From Bacteroidales bacterium (lineage in GTDB: Bacteria; Bacteroidota; Bacteroidia; Bacteroidales; WCHB1-69): a stretch of DNA of 62,519 nt. A program made the translations under genes and the position numbers. The stretch spans positions 1-62,519 of the forward strand of contig JAGCVQ010000070.1 in NCBI GenBank assembly GCA_017962275.1, written 5' to 3'. Below, piece after piece: positions 8,801 through 17,705 of this stretch (position 1 is its first letter; each line of letters begins with the position of its first letter). A model generated the notes under the pieces. The model made no database searches, had not been told where the DNA came from, and saw nothing but the letters and a program-made list of their open reading frames with translations.

Positions 8801-11197
8801 GATTCCGTGCCGTTGCCTTCTTCCAACATCGTACAGATTGCCTTTTATCCCGTGAATAACGGCCATGTATATTTGGATGACGTGACGGTCTATAACGGCC
8901 CGTCGTGTGTGCCGATGGGCAGCGTGACGGTGGAAGATGTGACCGCCCATGCCGCGGCGATTTCCTGGGTCGGCAACCACGATAACGGGTATGTAATCCG
9001 CTATCGGGATATTTCGGACACGGCATGGACGTACTTCACCACGACGGATACCACCTACATTATCAATGGGTTAGAGGATTCGCACACCTACATCGTGGAG
9101 GTTTCGGGCGACTGCAATGAGCCGAACTGGATGGCGGTTCAGCTCTCCACGTCGCTATCTACAGCCACATTGCCCTACTTCACGGACTTTGCGCCCACTT
9201 CCGACCGCGGCTGGCTGCTCAACAACGGCGACTGTGCCAACTATTGGACCATGGGCACCTACAACGCCGCCGATAATGTGCATGCCCTGTTTGTGACCAA
9301 CGACGGCAGCACCCCGGGATACAACATCTCGAGCTCCTCGGTGGTGACGGCGGAAAAGCTCTTCGAAGTGGCTGGCGTTGACTCCATCACCGTGGAATTC
9401 GACGTGCGCATCGGAGGGGAGAAGGATTATGATTACATCAAGTTGTTTGTGGCACCGGAATACGTTGAATATCCCGCCTCATCCGTAGTAAACAGTTACA
9501 ATCCGGGATATCCGGAATACGCTTCAAGGACTTACTCATTCTATGCATTCAACTTCTCCCCGTTCTACAGCCTTATGTCCGAACAGAACTATTTGTCCCC
9601 ATACATTTTCAACAGAACAGCGGGTGACGGTTTTGTACACATTTCCGCCGTGATGCCCAATCCGATTGCCAACAACCTGGTTTACACCCGCGCCAAGGTG
9701 GTCTTCCTTTGGAAAAACGACTATTCGGAGGGCAGCCAACCCGGCGCGATCATCACCAACGTCTCGGTGCGGGACAACTCGTGTACACCCGTGAGCAATC
9801 TGACCGTCTCAAACGTACTTTCCACCACGGCCGACATCACGTGGACACCGAGCAGCGGCGGCGAAACCGACTGGGTGGTAGAGTGCAAAGAGAGCTCGGC
9901 CCTGACCTGGAACCAGATTCTGGTGTCCGGAACCCCGGCCCTCTCGCTGTCGGGTCTCAACCCCTCCACGGAGTATGAAGTCCGCGTGAAGACCGACTGC
10001 GGCAACAGCCAGTCGATTCCGCAAAGTGTCACCTTCACCACCACGCACTGCGACTATTACTGTCCCTACACCTTCATCCTGTATGACAATCGCGGTGACG
10101 GGTGGAATGGCAACGCGGCGGTGCATGTGATGCAACAGGGGTCGGACATTGCCACCTTGGTCGCCATCAACCACCATTTGCAGAACACGCCGACCTATGA
10201 CACAGTGATGGTGGATCTGTGTCACGGCGAAGACATCACCTTGCAATGGACATGGGGCATCTGGTGGATGGAAGATGGGGTGACCGTGCTCGATCCCGAC
10301 GGCAACCAGATCTATTCGGTTTTCGGAATGACCAACCACGACTCCACGCTGACAACGTTCACAGCGAGTTGCCCGTTCGTCTCCCCGACGGTCGTCACCG
10401 ACAGCGCGAGCAACATCACGCAGACGGGGGCGGTGCTGCACGGGCACATCGAGGACTATGGCGATTTGCCCATCCTCGACCGCGGCTTCGAATGGAAACC
10501 GCTCTATGCCAGCAACTTCACAGCAGTGACAGCCACGGGAGACACCCTGTCGCATCCGCTCAGCGGTCTCTCTCCGAACACCGATTACGTCTATCGTGCC
10601 TTCGCAACCACCCTGTCGGGCACCACCTACGGCGACGACCTCGCATTCACCACGTTGAATGGGGCGACGACTTGTCCCGCGCCCACCGACCTGCATGTAA
10701 CGGATTCATCCAGCAACACCCTCGCCATCGAGTGGACCGAGAACGGCGACGCGGAGCAGTGGAACATCCAGTACCGTGCCGGCAACGGCGTGATGAGTTC
10801 CGACGTCTCCTACGCCACCTCCTACCTCATCACCGACCTTCAACCCAACACCGAATATCAGATTCAAGTACAATCGGTCTGCGGTGTCCAGACCAGCGAA
10901 TGGACACCCGTTGCAACAGCCTCCACGACCACAGGGTTGCGCAACCACGACCGATCCATCATCGTATATCCTAATCCCGCAAACAATGTGGTCTGTGTAA
11001 AATACCTAGTGAATAATAATGAATTTAGTGGCGGGATTCAGGTATGCGATGTATATGGGAAGACCGTTGTAGAGACGGGGCACGCCCCGTCTCTACCGGA
11101 AACCCGTATTGACATTTCGGGATTGTCCGCCGGCATGTATTTCGTGCGGGTGACAACGGAAGAAGGGGTTATCACAAAGGCGTTTGTGAAACAATAA
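5804..11197 (+). CDS. Large secreted FN3-repeat protein with T9SS type A sorting domain (paralog of 932..5578)
   Basis: Signal peptide, FN3 repeats, internal tandem duplication, YPNPA...GMYFVRV...KAFVKQ C-terminus. Confidence 0.9.
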   Translation: MKKKLYTIITLLLLCGWAQAQTDSLQVDSTACVAPQFTVYTTGTDAVFNWYETDTITETDTFLIIYRLLSGTPQDNVYEMVTGNNGEFGEAVISGLLPLTEYLAWMAKICSGDTSAVDSATLFTTGCGTFMTPFEEHFSSSQHCWTLDPAFSYSIDYVYTTNYTYSSGYFDTVRAVSPVIDVSGLSHPYLKFSRIQNDANGMHKDLALYYREYEEDEWHDLGTFFSTTSSTDWKTDSLAIPSQSATLQLGFFSIAHENQQFPRISLDDIYVYDGTDCPPATDLMLSEISTDTAFIRWINCDTVDYQVRYRILPDTNWIYTNGMDGTAIITPVEILSNYEVQVSPLCDLVEWVSCTFSTGCGTFLAPFEEHFGSSQHCWTLDLAFSNGVDHIYTSNYVSPTVSTNYGYIDTARAISPVIDVSALANPYLKFSRTQTESNGTHKDLALYYRDYEEDEWHYLGTYITPAGSLNWKTDSLAIPSHSATLQLGFFSIQRENAQQTAIHLDDIYVYDGPECPPASDLALSGFSDDTAFIHWIADANTPYHVRYRTLPGNNWVNVNDLDGMALIEPLAPHTNYEVQVSPFCDLETWSSCTFTSPAGAVNLPYSTNFAGSADEGWEFNNGTCLNHWKIGDPGDYLQIPNALFVTFNDTVAGYGQDNFYTTITAFKRFNMSDISTVNIEFDVLCGGNIQSYTPKDYLKVFFAPATEEYPSSENSLAYAEPTASLYAMDFQDYLSQTGDTNYRYKLNLTQGNVLHISVEMPNPTPNGESKLVFVWHNDHSYYSDVQPAAIITNLHVWQNDCDVVSQLNVFDIVGQSALVSWVPPANAPTIELQYKLYAMDWSDQSVTTILLDSNYLILQNLLNDTAYDVRVRVDCGDTLGVGTWRYVSFITSCGIVVTDSTPYIENFNYVGLAPECWNLTVNPLHSWYKAWYSQALAHDNHANNDWGEECPALTPTMDISAVSNPYLKFKHELGGIRVASRTSALSPWQELATFSGNAIDSVPLPSSNIVQIAFYPVNNGHVYLDDVTVYNGPSCVPMGSVTVEDVTAHAAAISWVGNHDNGYVIRYRDISDTAWTYFTTTDTTYIINGLEDSHTYIVEVSGDCNEPNWMAVQLSTSLSTATLPYFTDFAPTSDRGWLLNNGDCANYWTMGTYNAADNVHALFVTNDGSTPGYNISSSSVVTAEKLFEVAGVDSITVEFDVRIGGEKDYDYIKLFVAPEYVEYPASSVVNSYNPGYPEYASRTYSFYAFNFSPFYSLMSEQNYLSPYIFNRTAGDGFVHISAVMPNPIANNLVYTRAKVVFLWKNDYSEGSQPGAIITNVSVRDNSCTPVSNLTVSNVLSTTADITWTPSSGGETDWVVECKESSALTWNQILVSGTPALSLSGLNPSTEYEVRVKTDCGNSQSIPQSVTFTTTHCDYYCPYTFILYDNRGDGWNGNAAVHVMQQGSDIATLVAINHHLQNTPTYDTVMVDLCHGEDITLQWTWGIWWMEDGVTVLDPDGNQIYSVFGMTNHDSTLTTFTASCPFVSPTVVTDSASNITQTGAVLHGHIEDYGDLPILDRGFEWKPLYASNFTAVTATGDTLSHPLSGLSPNTDYVYRAFATTLSGTTYGDDLAFTTLNGATTCPAPTDLHVTDSSSNTLAIEWTENGDAEQWNIQYRAGNGVMSSDVSYATSYLITDLQPNTEYQIQVQSVCGVQTSEWTPVATASTTTGLRNHDRSIIVYPNPANNVVCVKYLVNNNEFSGGIQVCDVYGKTVVETGHAPSLPETRIDISGLSAGMYFVRVTTEEGVITKAFVKQ
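11069..11096. repeat. 28-bp GTAG-type palindrome inside the CDS (read as VETGHAPSL)
   Basis: GTAGAGACGGGGC-AC-GCCCCGTCTCTAC. Confidence 0.9.
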
Positions 11198-11278
11198 AAA
11201 AATGAAGAATGAAGAATGCATAATGAAGAATAAATATTCCGCATTCTTCATTTTTCATTCTTCATTCTACATTATGCA

Positions 11279-12028
11279 TTATGCATTTTGCATTAAAACG
11301 TATCCCACCTCCTTGAACCCATACGCCTCCATCGAACCATCCTCATGTTCCAGCACCAGCCGTCCGAAACGGTCGATATCGCGGATAATTCCGGTAATCT
11401 GCTCTCCTTGAACGAGATACGGATGAAGTTCATTGAGACGGTAAAGGTGGGACAGGTACTCTTCGCGGAGGGCGGAAGCGTGCTCAAAACTCAGCAACGG
11501 ACGGCGTTCGCGCAAGACGCCGAGATACTCCTCCATCAGCGCAACGACATCGTGACGTTGGCCGGTTTCGAGGAACAGGGAGGTCGGATTCGGGATGTTT
11601 TCGGGAAACTTTTCCTCGTTGACGTTGATGCCGATGCCCGCGACGGTGAAGTCGAGGCGACCTCCGGAAACAGAATGTTCGGTGAGGTCGCCGGCAAGTT
11701 TGCGGTCGTGGACGTACATGTCGTTCGGCCACTTGATGAGGACTTCGGGAACGTACTTGGCGAGGAACTGGCGGGTGGAAGTCGCGAACCAGAGGTTGAA
11801 GACGAACTGGTCGGCGGCGGCGAGTCCTGTCTCGAAATAGATGCTGGTCAAGATGTTACAACCTCGCGAGCTATGCCACGTGTTCGTGCCCGCACCACGC
11901 CCGGCGGTCTGGAAGTCGGCACGGACAACGTAGAGGTCCGGCAGCGACTGCCCGTCAATCCGTTTTTCTCTGGCGAAATTCATCAGCCAGGCGTTGGTGG
12001 ATTCTGTTTCGATTAGATGTTGATTCAT
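11279..12028 (-). CDS. birA: Biotin--[acetyl-CoA-carboxylase] ligase (monofunctional, no HTH)
   Basis: ESTN, QTAGRG, KWPND, KLAG, GIGINV motifs; start at MNQHLI (12028). Confidence 0.9.
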   Translation of the reverse strand: MNQHLIETESTNAWLMNFAREKRIDGQSLPDLYVVRADFQTAGRGAGTNTWHSSRGCNILTSIYFETGLAAADQFVFNLWFATSTRQFLAKYVPEVLIKWPNDMYVHDRKLAGDLTEHSVSGGRLDFTVAGIGINVNEEKFPENIPNPTSLFLETGQRHDVVALMEEYLGVLRERRPLLSFEHASALREEYLSHLYRLNELHPYLVQGEQITGIIRDIDRFGRLVLEHEDGSMEAYGFKEVGYVLMQNA

Positions 12029-12031
12029 TCG

Positions 12032-12050
12032 GCAAAAATAGTATTTTTGC
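12032..12050. promoter_or_regulatory. Back-to-back TAnnTTTG (-7) promoter boxes for birA and the divergent gene
   Basis: GCAAAAATA-G-TATTTTTGC palindrome contains TATTTTTG on both strands. Confidence 0.7.
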
Positions 12051-12080
12051 AGCTTGAATTTGAAAATCGAAAAAAGAGAC

Positions 12081-12776
12081 ATGAAAAAGCTGAGCATCAT
12101 ATTGGGAATAGCCCTGATTTCTGCGGTGACGCTGTTTTCCTGCAAGGACGAAAGCGGCATTTATGTGGAGCAATTATACACCAACGCACAAAAAGAGTTG
12201 GCCATCAAGGAATGTTTGAGGACCTCTGCTGATTCTGCAGTGAGCCACCTCTGTGTGGACGACGGCTTTTACAGCTACCACGATGCGGACTACCGGATCG
12301 ATTATGATTTGCTGCAGGCTTCCCTCTTCGACACATTAGAGAACCATGGTTACGGCTACCTGTCCGACACGCTGATCCTCCGTACCAACCGTCTGGCCGA
12401 AAGCTGCGGCGGACAGGTGCTCTCCGCCTTGAAGACAGCCATCGATTCATTGACGATCTCTGACCTCGACGCATTGGTGAAGGGCAGTCCCGACGCCATC
12501 ACCCGTTATTTCACGCTGATGAAGTACACCGAGCTCAAGTCCGCCTTCCAGACCCCGGTTTCCATCCGCATGAGTCTTTACGGCGTGAACGCGACTTGGA
12601 ACGAGATGGTGCAGCATTACGCACAATACACCACGACCCCGCTGAACTTCGACATCCAGAACTACATCGTGGAGGAGATGTTGGACGGCATCCTGACGGA
12701 GATGACCATTGAAGAAGGGCTCATCCGCACCGATTCCACGCACCGCAGCGAGAAGACGAAGATGCTGGGGGAATAA
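12081..12776 (+). CDS. DUF4197-like lipoprotein
   Basis: Lipobox LFSC; AIKECL..SADSAV, NRLAE, LDGIL..M..EE..IR resemble DUF4197. Confidence 0.65.
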   Translation: MKKLSIILGIALISAVTLFSCKDESGIYVEQLYTNAQKELAIKECLRTSADSAVSHLCVDDGFYSYHDADYRIDYDLLQASLFDTLENHGYGYLSDTLILRTNRLAESCGGQVLSALKTAIDSLTISDLDALVKGSPDAITRYFTLMKYTELKSAFQTPVSIRMSLYGVNATWNEMVQHYAQYTTTPLNFDIQNYIVEEMLDGILTEMTIEEGLIRTDSTHRSEKTKMLGE

Positions 12777-12785
12777 TCCGAGTTT

Positions 12786-12813
12786 GTAGAGACGTTGCGT
12801 GCAACGTCTCCAC
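12786..12813. repeat. GTAG-type palindrome
   Basis: GTAGAGACGTTGC-GT-GCAACGTCTCCAC. Confidence 0.8.
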
Positions 12814-12856
12814 GGTGGAAAAAACAGACAATTATTAACATTTAAAAATCATCCAT

Positions 12857-14089
12857 ATGAGAAAAGACAAACTCTTCAACGGCAAAACGTTAGCGATTCT
12901 TTCCGGCGGCGGCGACACCCCGGCCATCAACTCCAGCATCGAGGCGGTGCGTAACCGCGCCTCCATGCTCGGCTTCCGCGTCTATGGCGTGCTCAAAGGC
13001 TGGAAAGGCCTGCTCGGCGACGGCGATATCGTGGATCTGACCAATATCCCTTATAACGGTCTCTACGGCGGCACCGCGCTGCTCTCTTCCCGCACCAACC
13101 CCTTCCCGAGCAAGAAGAGTCCCGAAGACCGCTCCCAACAAATCCTCCGCAACATCGAGCGCTACAAAATCGATGTGCTCGTGACCATCGGCGGTGACGA
13201 CACCAACGGAGCGGCCAAGAAGATGTACGAAACTTACGGCATCCCCGTCATCGGTTTCCCGAAGACCATCGACAACGACCTGCGCACCCGTACGTATCAC
13301 CACTACAACGGCCAGCAGCACGAGACCGTGCTCTGTCCGGGATTCCCGTCCGGCGCCATGGCCGTGAAGAAGCTCACCAGCAAGCTGCACACCACAAACG
13401 AGTCGCACCAACGCATCATGGTGCTTGAAGTGATGGGGCGCGATGCAGGTTGGCTCACCGGTTCTGCCTCCTTCGGCGGTGCCCAGATGGCTCTCGTTCC
13501 CGAAGTGGAGATGACCAAAGAGCGCAAGGAGTTCTTCTTCGAATCCGTGAAAGAGATGTACATGCGTTCCCCGAAACACAGCCTCATCATCGCCGTCTCC
13601 GAAGGCGTGCGTTGGTGGGATGACGAGAAACAGGAACTCGGCATGGTGTATGCCAGCTCTGACCTCGACGAGTACGGTCACCCGCGCTTCGGCGGCGTGA
13701 GCGGTGTCATCGCTTCCGAAATCAACAAGCGCCTCGGCATCGAGGCCCGCGGTCAGATTTCCGGCTACATCCCGCGTTCCGGCAAGTGCTACGAGTACGA
13801 CCGTCGTCTGACCTCCACCCTGGCCGACAAGGTGGTCGATCTGCTGCTCCGCGAGGACTACGGCAAGATGCCCGTACTGCGCGACATCGTGCCTTACGAC
13901 GAGCTTGAGGAGTTCCACACCGACGCCATCGAGATGGGCAACATCGGCAACTTCCCGCTGCCCGCCGCCTACTACGACCCCAACAAGTTCATGTTCACCG
14001 ATCAATATACCGACTTCCTGAGCAACATCATCGGTGCCCCGTACCGCATGGAGTTCACGCAGAAGTTCCCGATCGTGATTCCGGAATAG
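12857..14089 (+). CDS. pfkA: 6-phosphofructokinase family protein, probably PPi-dependent
   Basis: SGGGDTPAIN, IGGDDT, PKTIDND, EVMGRDAGWL. Confidence 0.9.
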   Translation: MRKDKLFNGKTLAILSGGGDTPAINSSIEAVRNRASMLGFRVYGVLKGWKGLLGDGDIVDLTNIPYNGLYGGTALLSSRTNPFPSKKSPEDRSQQILRNIERYKIDVLVTIGGDDTNGAAKKMYETYGIPVIGFPKTIDNDLRTRTYHHYNGQQHETVLCPGFPSGAMAVKKLTSKLHTTNESHQRIMVLEVMGRDAGWLTGSASFGGAQMALVPEVEMTKERKEFFFESVKEMYMRSPKHSLIIAVSEGVRWWDDEKQELGMVYASSDLDEYGHPRFGGVSGVIASEINKRLGIEARGQISGYIPRSGKCYEYDRRLTSTLADKVVDLLLREDYGKMPVLRDIVPYDELEEFHTDAIEMGNIGNFPLPAAYYDPNKFMFTDQYTDFLSNIIGAPYRMEFTQKFPIVIPE

Positions 14090-14158
14090 GACGTAAGATG
14101 TGTGACGTAAGACGTGTGATGACTTTTTCCAACGTCACACGTCATACGTCACACGTCA
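14090..14158. repeat. Inverted heptamer arrays (GACGTAA/GACGTGT ... CACACGT)
   Basis: Starts immediately after the pfk stop; can form a hairpin. Confidence 0.75.
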
Positions 14159-14171
14159 AAATATTGAAAAC

Positions 14172-15479
14172 ATGGCAGAATTCCTAATACAAGGCGGTCA
14201 CCGCCTGCACGGCGAAATACACCCGCAGGGCGCGAAAAACGAAGCTCTGCAGGTGCTTTCCGCGGTGCTGCTGACCAAGGAGCCCGTCACCATCTCCAAC
14301 ATTCCCGACATCCTCGACACGCGCCGCTATCGCGAGATTTTGGCGCTGATGGGCGTGAAAATCACAGAGGTGGATGCGCATACGTTCACTTTCCAGGCGG
14401 AGAACGTGGATTTCGAGATGCTGCACACCGACGAATTCGAACGACTATCGACGAAGATCCGCGCCTCCATTATGGTGCTCGGTCCGCTGTTGGGTCGCTA
14501 CGGCAAGGCCTACTCCGGCAAGCCCGGCGGCGACCAGATCGGGCGACGCCCGCTGACCACCCACTTCGAGGGGTTGGAGAAGCTCGGCGCAACCATTTCC
14601 ACCTCGCCCGACGAGAAGTTCTTTGAACTGGAAGCCAAGCAGTTAAAAGGTTGCTATATGCAGCTGAACGAACCTTCCGTGACCGGTACCGCCAACATCG
14701 TGATGGCCGCCGTGCTCGCCGAAGGGGAAACCACCATCTTCAACGCAGCATGCGAACCGTACCTCTACCAGCTCTGCACCATGCTCAACAAGATGGGTGC
14801 GAAGATTTCCGGCATCGGCTCGAATCTATTGAAAATTCAGGGTGTCAAGGAGTTGCACGGCTGCGAGCATCGCATCTTCCCCGATATGATCGAGGTGGGC
14901 AGCTTCATCGGCATGGCCGCCATGACCCAGTCGGAGCTGACCATCAAGAACTGCGCCTGCGACCATCTCGGGCTTATCCCCTACACTTTCCGCAAGATGG
15001 GCGTGAAGATGGAGCAGGTGGGCGACGACCTGATTGTACACGGCGAGCAACCCTACGAGATCTACTCCAACCCGAGGGAGGCCTCCATCCTGACCATCGC
15101 CGACGCGCCGTGGCCGGGATTCACCCCCGACCTCATCAGCATCGCCCTCGTGACTGCCATCCAGGCCAAGGGCAGCGTGCTGATTCACCAGAAAATGTTC
15201 GAAAGCCGTCTCTTCTTCGTAGATATGCTGCAATCCATGGGTGCGCAGATTGTGTTGTGCGACCCGCACCGTGCCATCGTGATTGGCTTGGCCCGCGAGA
15301 AGAAGCTCCGTGCCACCAAGATGTCCTCCCCCGATATCCGCGCCGGTATTGCCCTGCTCATCGCGGCTTTGTCCGCCGAAGGCACCAGCGTAATCCAAAA
15401 CGTGGAGCAGATCGACCGCGGCTACGAAGGGATTGTGGAACGGCTGAACGCATTAGGCGCGAAAATTGAGCGGGTGTAA
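14172..15479 (+). CDS. murA: UDP-N-acetylglucosamine 1-carboxyvinyltransferase
   Basis: GAKN, RASI, PGGDQIGRRP, SVTGT, PDIRAG, IDRGYE. Confidence 0.95.
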   Translation: MAEFLIQGGHRLHGEIHPQGAKNEALQVLSAVLLTKEPVTISNIPDILDTRRYREILALMGVKITEVDAHTFTFQAENVDFEMLHTDEFERLSTKIRASIMVLGPLLGRYGKAYSGKPGGDQIGRRPLTTHFEGLEKLGATISTSPDEKFFELEAKQLKGCYMQLNEPSVTGTANIVMAAVLAEGETTIFNAACEPYLYQLCTMLNKMGAKISGIGSNLLKIQGVKELHGCEHRIFPDMIEVGSFIGMAAMTQSELTIKNCACDHLGLIPYTFRKMGVKMEQVGDDLIVHGEQPYEIYSNPREASILTIADAPWPGFTPDLISIALVTAIQAKGSVLIHQKMFESRLFFVDMLQSMGAQIVLCDPHRAIVIGLAREKKLRATKMSSPDIRAGIALLIAALSAEGTSVIQNVEQIDRGYEGIVERLNALGAKIERV

Positions 15480-15522
15480 TCTCCGCGTATCGCGCGTATC
15501 TGCACGTAAAATGAATTATGTT

Positions 15523-15556
15523 GCGCCGCATTTGAACAGATGCGGCGCTTTTTTTT
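15523..15556 (+). terminator. Intrinsic terminator
   Basis: GCGCCGCAT-loop-ATGCGGCGC + T8. Confidence 0.8.
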
Positions 15557-15604
15557 CGGGTTATACTGAATCGCTTGTCACACGAAGGAGTCCGTTTCGG
15601 GCAA

Positions 15605-15919
15605 CTACTTTTCCCAGCAGGTCACCACAGGATGGAGCACGAGGCCGACATTCGTATAATCGAGGCCGACAGGATCGTAATAGTTCAACGATGCGCAGTC
15701 TCCCGTTGCGGAGACGGTATCTTTGTAATACGTTTTCTCTTGCGGGATGACAGATCCCGACTTGAGGTAGATCGGCTGTCCGGCCGCATTCCACAGTACG
15801 GAATCCACCACTTCATTTTCGAGGTCGTATGCACAGGTGCAATTCACATAATTGGTGCAGTTCGCCGCGAAAAGGGCGAGCGAAACCAAAATATAAACGG
15901 AAACGATAATCCTTCTCAT
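15605..15919 (-). CDS. Small Cys-rich exported hypothetical protein (possible lipoprotein)
   Basis: Hydrophobic N-terminus ending AANC; TATTTTTG box ~30 nt upstream. Confidence 0.6.
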   Translation of the reverse strand: MRRIIVSVYILVSLALFAANCTNYVNCTCAYDLENEVVDSVLWNAAGQPIYLKSGSVIPQEKTYYKDTVSATGDCASLNYYDPVGLDYTNVGLVLHPVVTCWEK

Positions 15920-16061
15920 CTTTTTGAATGTTTTTATTCAGCCGCAAAAATACATTTTTTTTGTGGTTAAGAGGTGTTGAACTTGAACCTTGAACTTTGA
16001 ACTTGAAACCCTAAACCAAATATTTTGTACCTTTGCCGCCGAAACCCAAGTGCAGTATGAT

Positions 16062-16847
16062 ATGAACATCACCGGCATCATCACCACCCTGAACGAATCG
16101 AAAAACATCGAGGCGTGCATACGCTCGCTGCAGCGCGTGTGCGACGAGGTCATCGTGACTGACTCGTGCAGCAAAGACGACACCGTGGCGTTGGCGGAGA
16201 AGGCCGGGGCGCGGGTGTTCGTGCATCCCTACATCGGCGACGGTCCGCAGAAGAACCTGCCTTTGGAGCACGCCAAGAACGATTGGGTGCTCAGTCTCGA
16301 TGCCGATGAACGGCTGACGGACGAGCTCGTGGCGGCCATCCAAAAGCTGGATTTGGAGCACACTCCGTATGACGGCTTCGCGATTCGTCGCCGGAACTAC
16401 ATCGGCGAACGGTGGGTGAAAGCCTGCAACTGGTATCCTGACTGGCTCGTGCGTCTCTACCGAAAGGACAAGCTCCGCTTCCTCGACCGCAAGCAGCACG
16501 CCTTCGTGCCCGAGAAAAACACGAAACGCCTCAAAGCCGACATCATCCACTACCGTTACAAGAACTACGACAGCCTCTTCTCGAAACCGGAGCGCAACTA
16601 CAGCTCCCGGGGCGCAAAAATCCTCTACCTGCAAGGGAAAAAGGCCAACGCCTTCTCGCCCTTCTTCCATGGATTGGCGGCCTTCGTCAGCAACTACTTC
16701 TTCCGGGGCGGCATCCTCGGCGGCCTTGATGGCTACGTCCTCTCGCGCGCCGTCGCCCACAACAGCTTCCTGAAATACGCGAAACTACTGGAATTCCAAC
16801 GCGACAAATCGGTGAGGGATGCCGAAGATTGGGATTCGGTGTGGTAG
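16062..16847 (+). CDS. Glycosyltransferase family 2 (KdtX/WaaE-like)
   Basis: ITTLNE..NI..C, DSCSKDDT, LSLDADE. Confidence 0.9.
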   Translation: MNITGIITTLNESKNIEACIRSLQRVCDEVIVTDSCSKDDTVALAEKAGARVFVHPYIGDGPQKNLPLEHAKNDWVLSLDADERLTDELVAAIQKLDLEHTPYDGFAIRRRNYIGERWVKACNWYPDWLVRLYRKDKLRFLDRKQHAFVPEKNTKRLKADIIHYRYKNYDSLFSKPERNYSSRGAKILYLQGKKANAFSPFFHGLAAFVSNYFFRGGILGGLDGYVLSRAVAHNSFLKYAKLLEFQRDKSVRDAEDWDSVW

Positions 16848-16876
16848 TTAGTAGTTAGTAGTTAGTAGTTAGCAGT
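16844..16876 (+). repeat. (GTTAGYA)n heptamer array starting at the stop codon
   Basis: TAGTTAGTAGTTAGTAGTTAGTAGTTAGCAG. Confidence 0.85.
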
Positions 16877-16970
16877 GGGAGCGGAAGTGTTTTAGTTTTT
16901 CGATTCATTCTCCAAGTTCCAAGTTCCAGGTTCCAGGTTCAAAGTTTAAGGTTCAAAGTTACAAACAAAC

Positions 16971-17624
16971 ATGGCAAGAAAAATCATCATCTTATCCGTT
17001 CTAATCAGTTTGTTCATGACCGCTTTTGCGCAGGAGCAGGAGAAGCCCGACCACTCCCGCTTCTACGGCGGAGTTCGCGTGGGGTTCACTGCCTCGCAGA
17101 TTTCCGGCGATGACCTGGCCGGGTTCCACAAGGTGGGCGCTGCGGCAGGACTTTTCATCAACCACACCATCATCCCGTCAGGAAAGCTGAAAATGCAGTT
17201 AGAGCTGGACTTCATGATGAAGGGCAGTCACTCATACACACCGAAAAACGTGATTACCGACAACTTCTATTCCCTCACGCTCGGATACGTGGAGATGCCC
17301 ATATTGGTAGTATGGACGGCGGGGAAATGGACATTGTGGGGGAAAGCGTTCCAATTTGAGTTGGAAGCCGGGCCCGTGTTCGGGGTGAATGTCTTCAGCC
17401 GCGAACGCGAAGCCAACGGACTGATTGTAGGCCGACCGCCGTTCCGTTGGTACGAATTCTCCGCATTGGCAGGCATCTCCCTCATGATCGCCGACCACCA
17501 CAGCGTGAGCTTCCGCTACGAAAACTCCATCGTGCCCGTGCGCATCCCCACGTGGGTCTACGGCCGCGTCATCAACAAGCAGTTCAACTCCCTGATGACA
17601 TTCAGTTACTGCTATCAGTTTTAA
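16971..17624 (+). CDS. Outer-membrane beta-barrel protein (PorT/porin-like)
   Basis: Signal peptide, amphipathic strands, YVEMP motif, C-terminal YQF. Confidence 0.75.
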   Translation: MARKIIILSVLISLFMTAFAQEQEKPDHSRFYGGVRVGFTASQISGDDLAGFHKVGAAAGLFINHTIIPSGKLKMQLELDFMMKGSHSYTPKNVITDNFYSLTLGYVEMPILVVWTAGKWTLWGKAFQFELEAGPVFGVNVFSREREANGLIVGRPPFRWYEFSALAGISLMIADHHSVSFRYENSIVPVRIPTWVYGRVINKQFNSLMTFSYCYQF

Positions 17625-17705
17625 GGGGTTACACGGTTAAAGGGTTACACGGTTAACGATTAGAAAAAGCAACCCCGAAATCGAACAATTACTCATTACT
17701 AATTT

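Noticed and set aside
12890-14005. Long antisense ORFs (also 26110..27282, 31169..32491, 37595..38989, 43419..44516 and others)
   Set aside because: Shadow frames opposite well-supported genes, expected from high GC3 codon bias; no motifs.
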